64,000 nt of DNA from Paraphysomonas bandaiensis (taxonomy: Eukaryota; Protista; Chrysophyceae): positions 186,001 to 250,000 of the forward strand of contig CBFFRP010000296.1 of assembly GCA_965644295.1 (NCBI GenBank), in the 5' to 3' direction. This document shows, piece after piece, positions 63,508-64,000 of this stretch. Below the pieces are notes generated by a model that was not told where the DNA came from, did no database searches, and saw nothing but the letters and a program-made list of their open reading frames with translations. Position numbers and translations under genes: made by a program. Positions within the stretch are counted from its first letter, which is position 1, and each line of letters opens with the position of its first letter.

Positions 63508-64000
63508 ATGAGTAGCGGATATCTCATATGTTTAGTGGCGACATACGTCTACTCTGTTATTGCGAGTGATGATGATGCCCCTTCTATACCATGCACGGAT
63601 GATGGTGGGGAGTCCTCTGCCTTTGAAGTGCCTGCACCCTTTAACTATATACTCATAATGCTTCTCGTGTGCTTATCTGCTCTGTTCTCTGGATTAACGC
63701 TCGGGTTACTCGGTTTGGATGTTATTGGACTGGAGATAATTATTGGTGGAGATAACGACATACTGAAGAGGTGTGCTAAAGAAATTTTACCTATTCGGAA
63801 GAAAGGAAACTTATTGCTGTGTACTCTTTTGCTTGGTAATGTTGCAACGAATGCTTTACTGTCTATCTTAATGGCTGATATGACTTCCGGACTCGTCGGC
63901 TTTTTATCATCAACTGTTATGATTGTTATTTTTGGTGAGATCATACCACAAGCCACTTGCTCTCGATATGCGCTGCAGATTGGCCGTCGTTCCCTACCAG
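63508..64000 (+). CDS. CNNM/DUF21 metal (Mg2+) transporter, 3' end outside window
   Basis: LSALFSGLTLGLLGLD, ILPIRKKGNLLLCTLLLGNV, IFGEIIPQATCSRY; ORF open to the window end. Confidence 0.92.
   Translation, partial: MSSGYLICLVATYVYSVIASDDDAPSIPCTDDGGESSAFEVPAPFNYILIMLLVCLSALFSGLTLGLLGLDVIGLEIIIGGDNDILKRCAKEILPIRKKGNLLLCTLLLGNVATNALLSILMADMTSGLVGFLSSTVMIVIFGEIIPQATCSRYALQIGRRSLP

Noticed and set aside
1-64000. Prokaryotic operon, defence island, rRNA or tRNA genes
   Set aside because: Genes are intron-containing and functionally unrelated; no rRNA/tRNA sequence was recognised by eye.

Overview
Eukaryotic nuclear DNA: about 40% GC by eye, standard genetic code, many short (mostly 40-140 bp) GT-AG introns. 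Gene content (TMEM218, a SHIPPO/ankyrin protein, DUF285 relics) suggests a flagellated protist, probably a stramenopile; this is inference. About 17 host genes are present, often in divergent pairs: NRAMP, CAR/GCR1-like GPCR, TMEM218, GST, a Tudor protein, a Pro-loop pLGIC, MTR4, TPR-GT41, a four-repeat ion channel, purple acid phosphatase, a DAO-family oxidoreductase, an ankyrin protein, an M14 carboxypeptidase, a sterol glucosyltransferase, NOG2, CNNM and one orphan. Mobile DNA includes an intact young Copia with TA...TA termini, a related TRIM, an internally deleted hAT plus a MITE, other MITEs, a LINE relic with a hammerhead-like motif, and two long (TATG)n tracts. The most notable observations are: (1) a single-chain 4x6TM channel built from Kv-like repeats with non-GYG acidic pore loops (GE/GE/GD/GE) and an IQ-like motif; (2) a candidate H/ACA scaRNA in a long NOG2 intron whose pocket matches the U1 snRNA 5' end; (3) an NRAMP lacking the metal-selectivity Met and two proton-coupling residues. 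All calls were made by eye; no searches were run.
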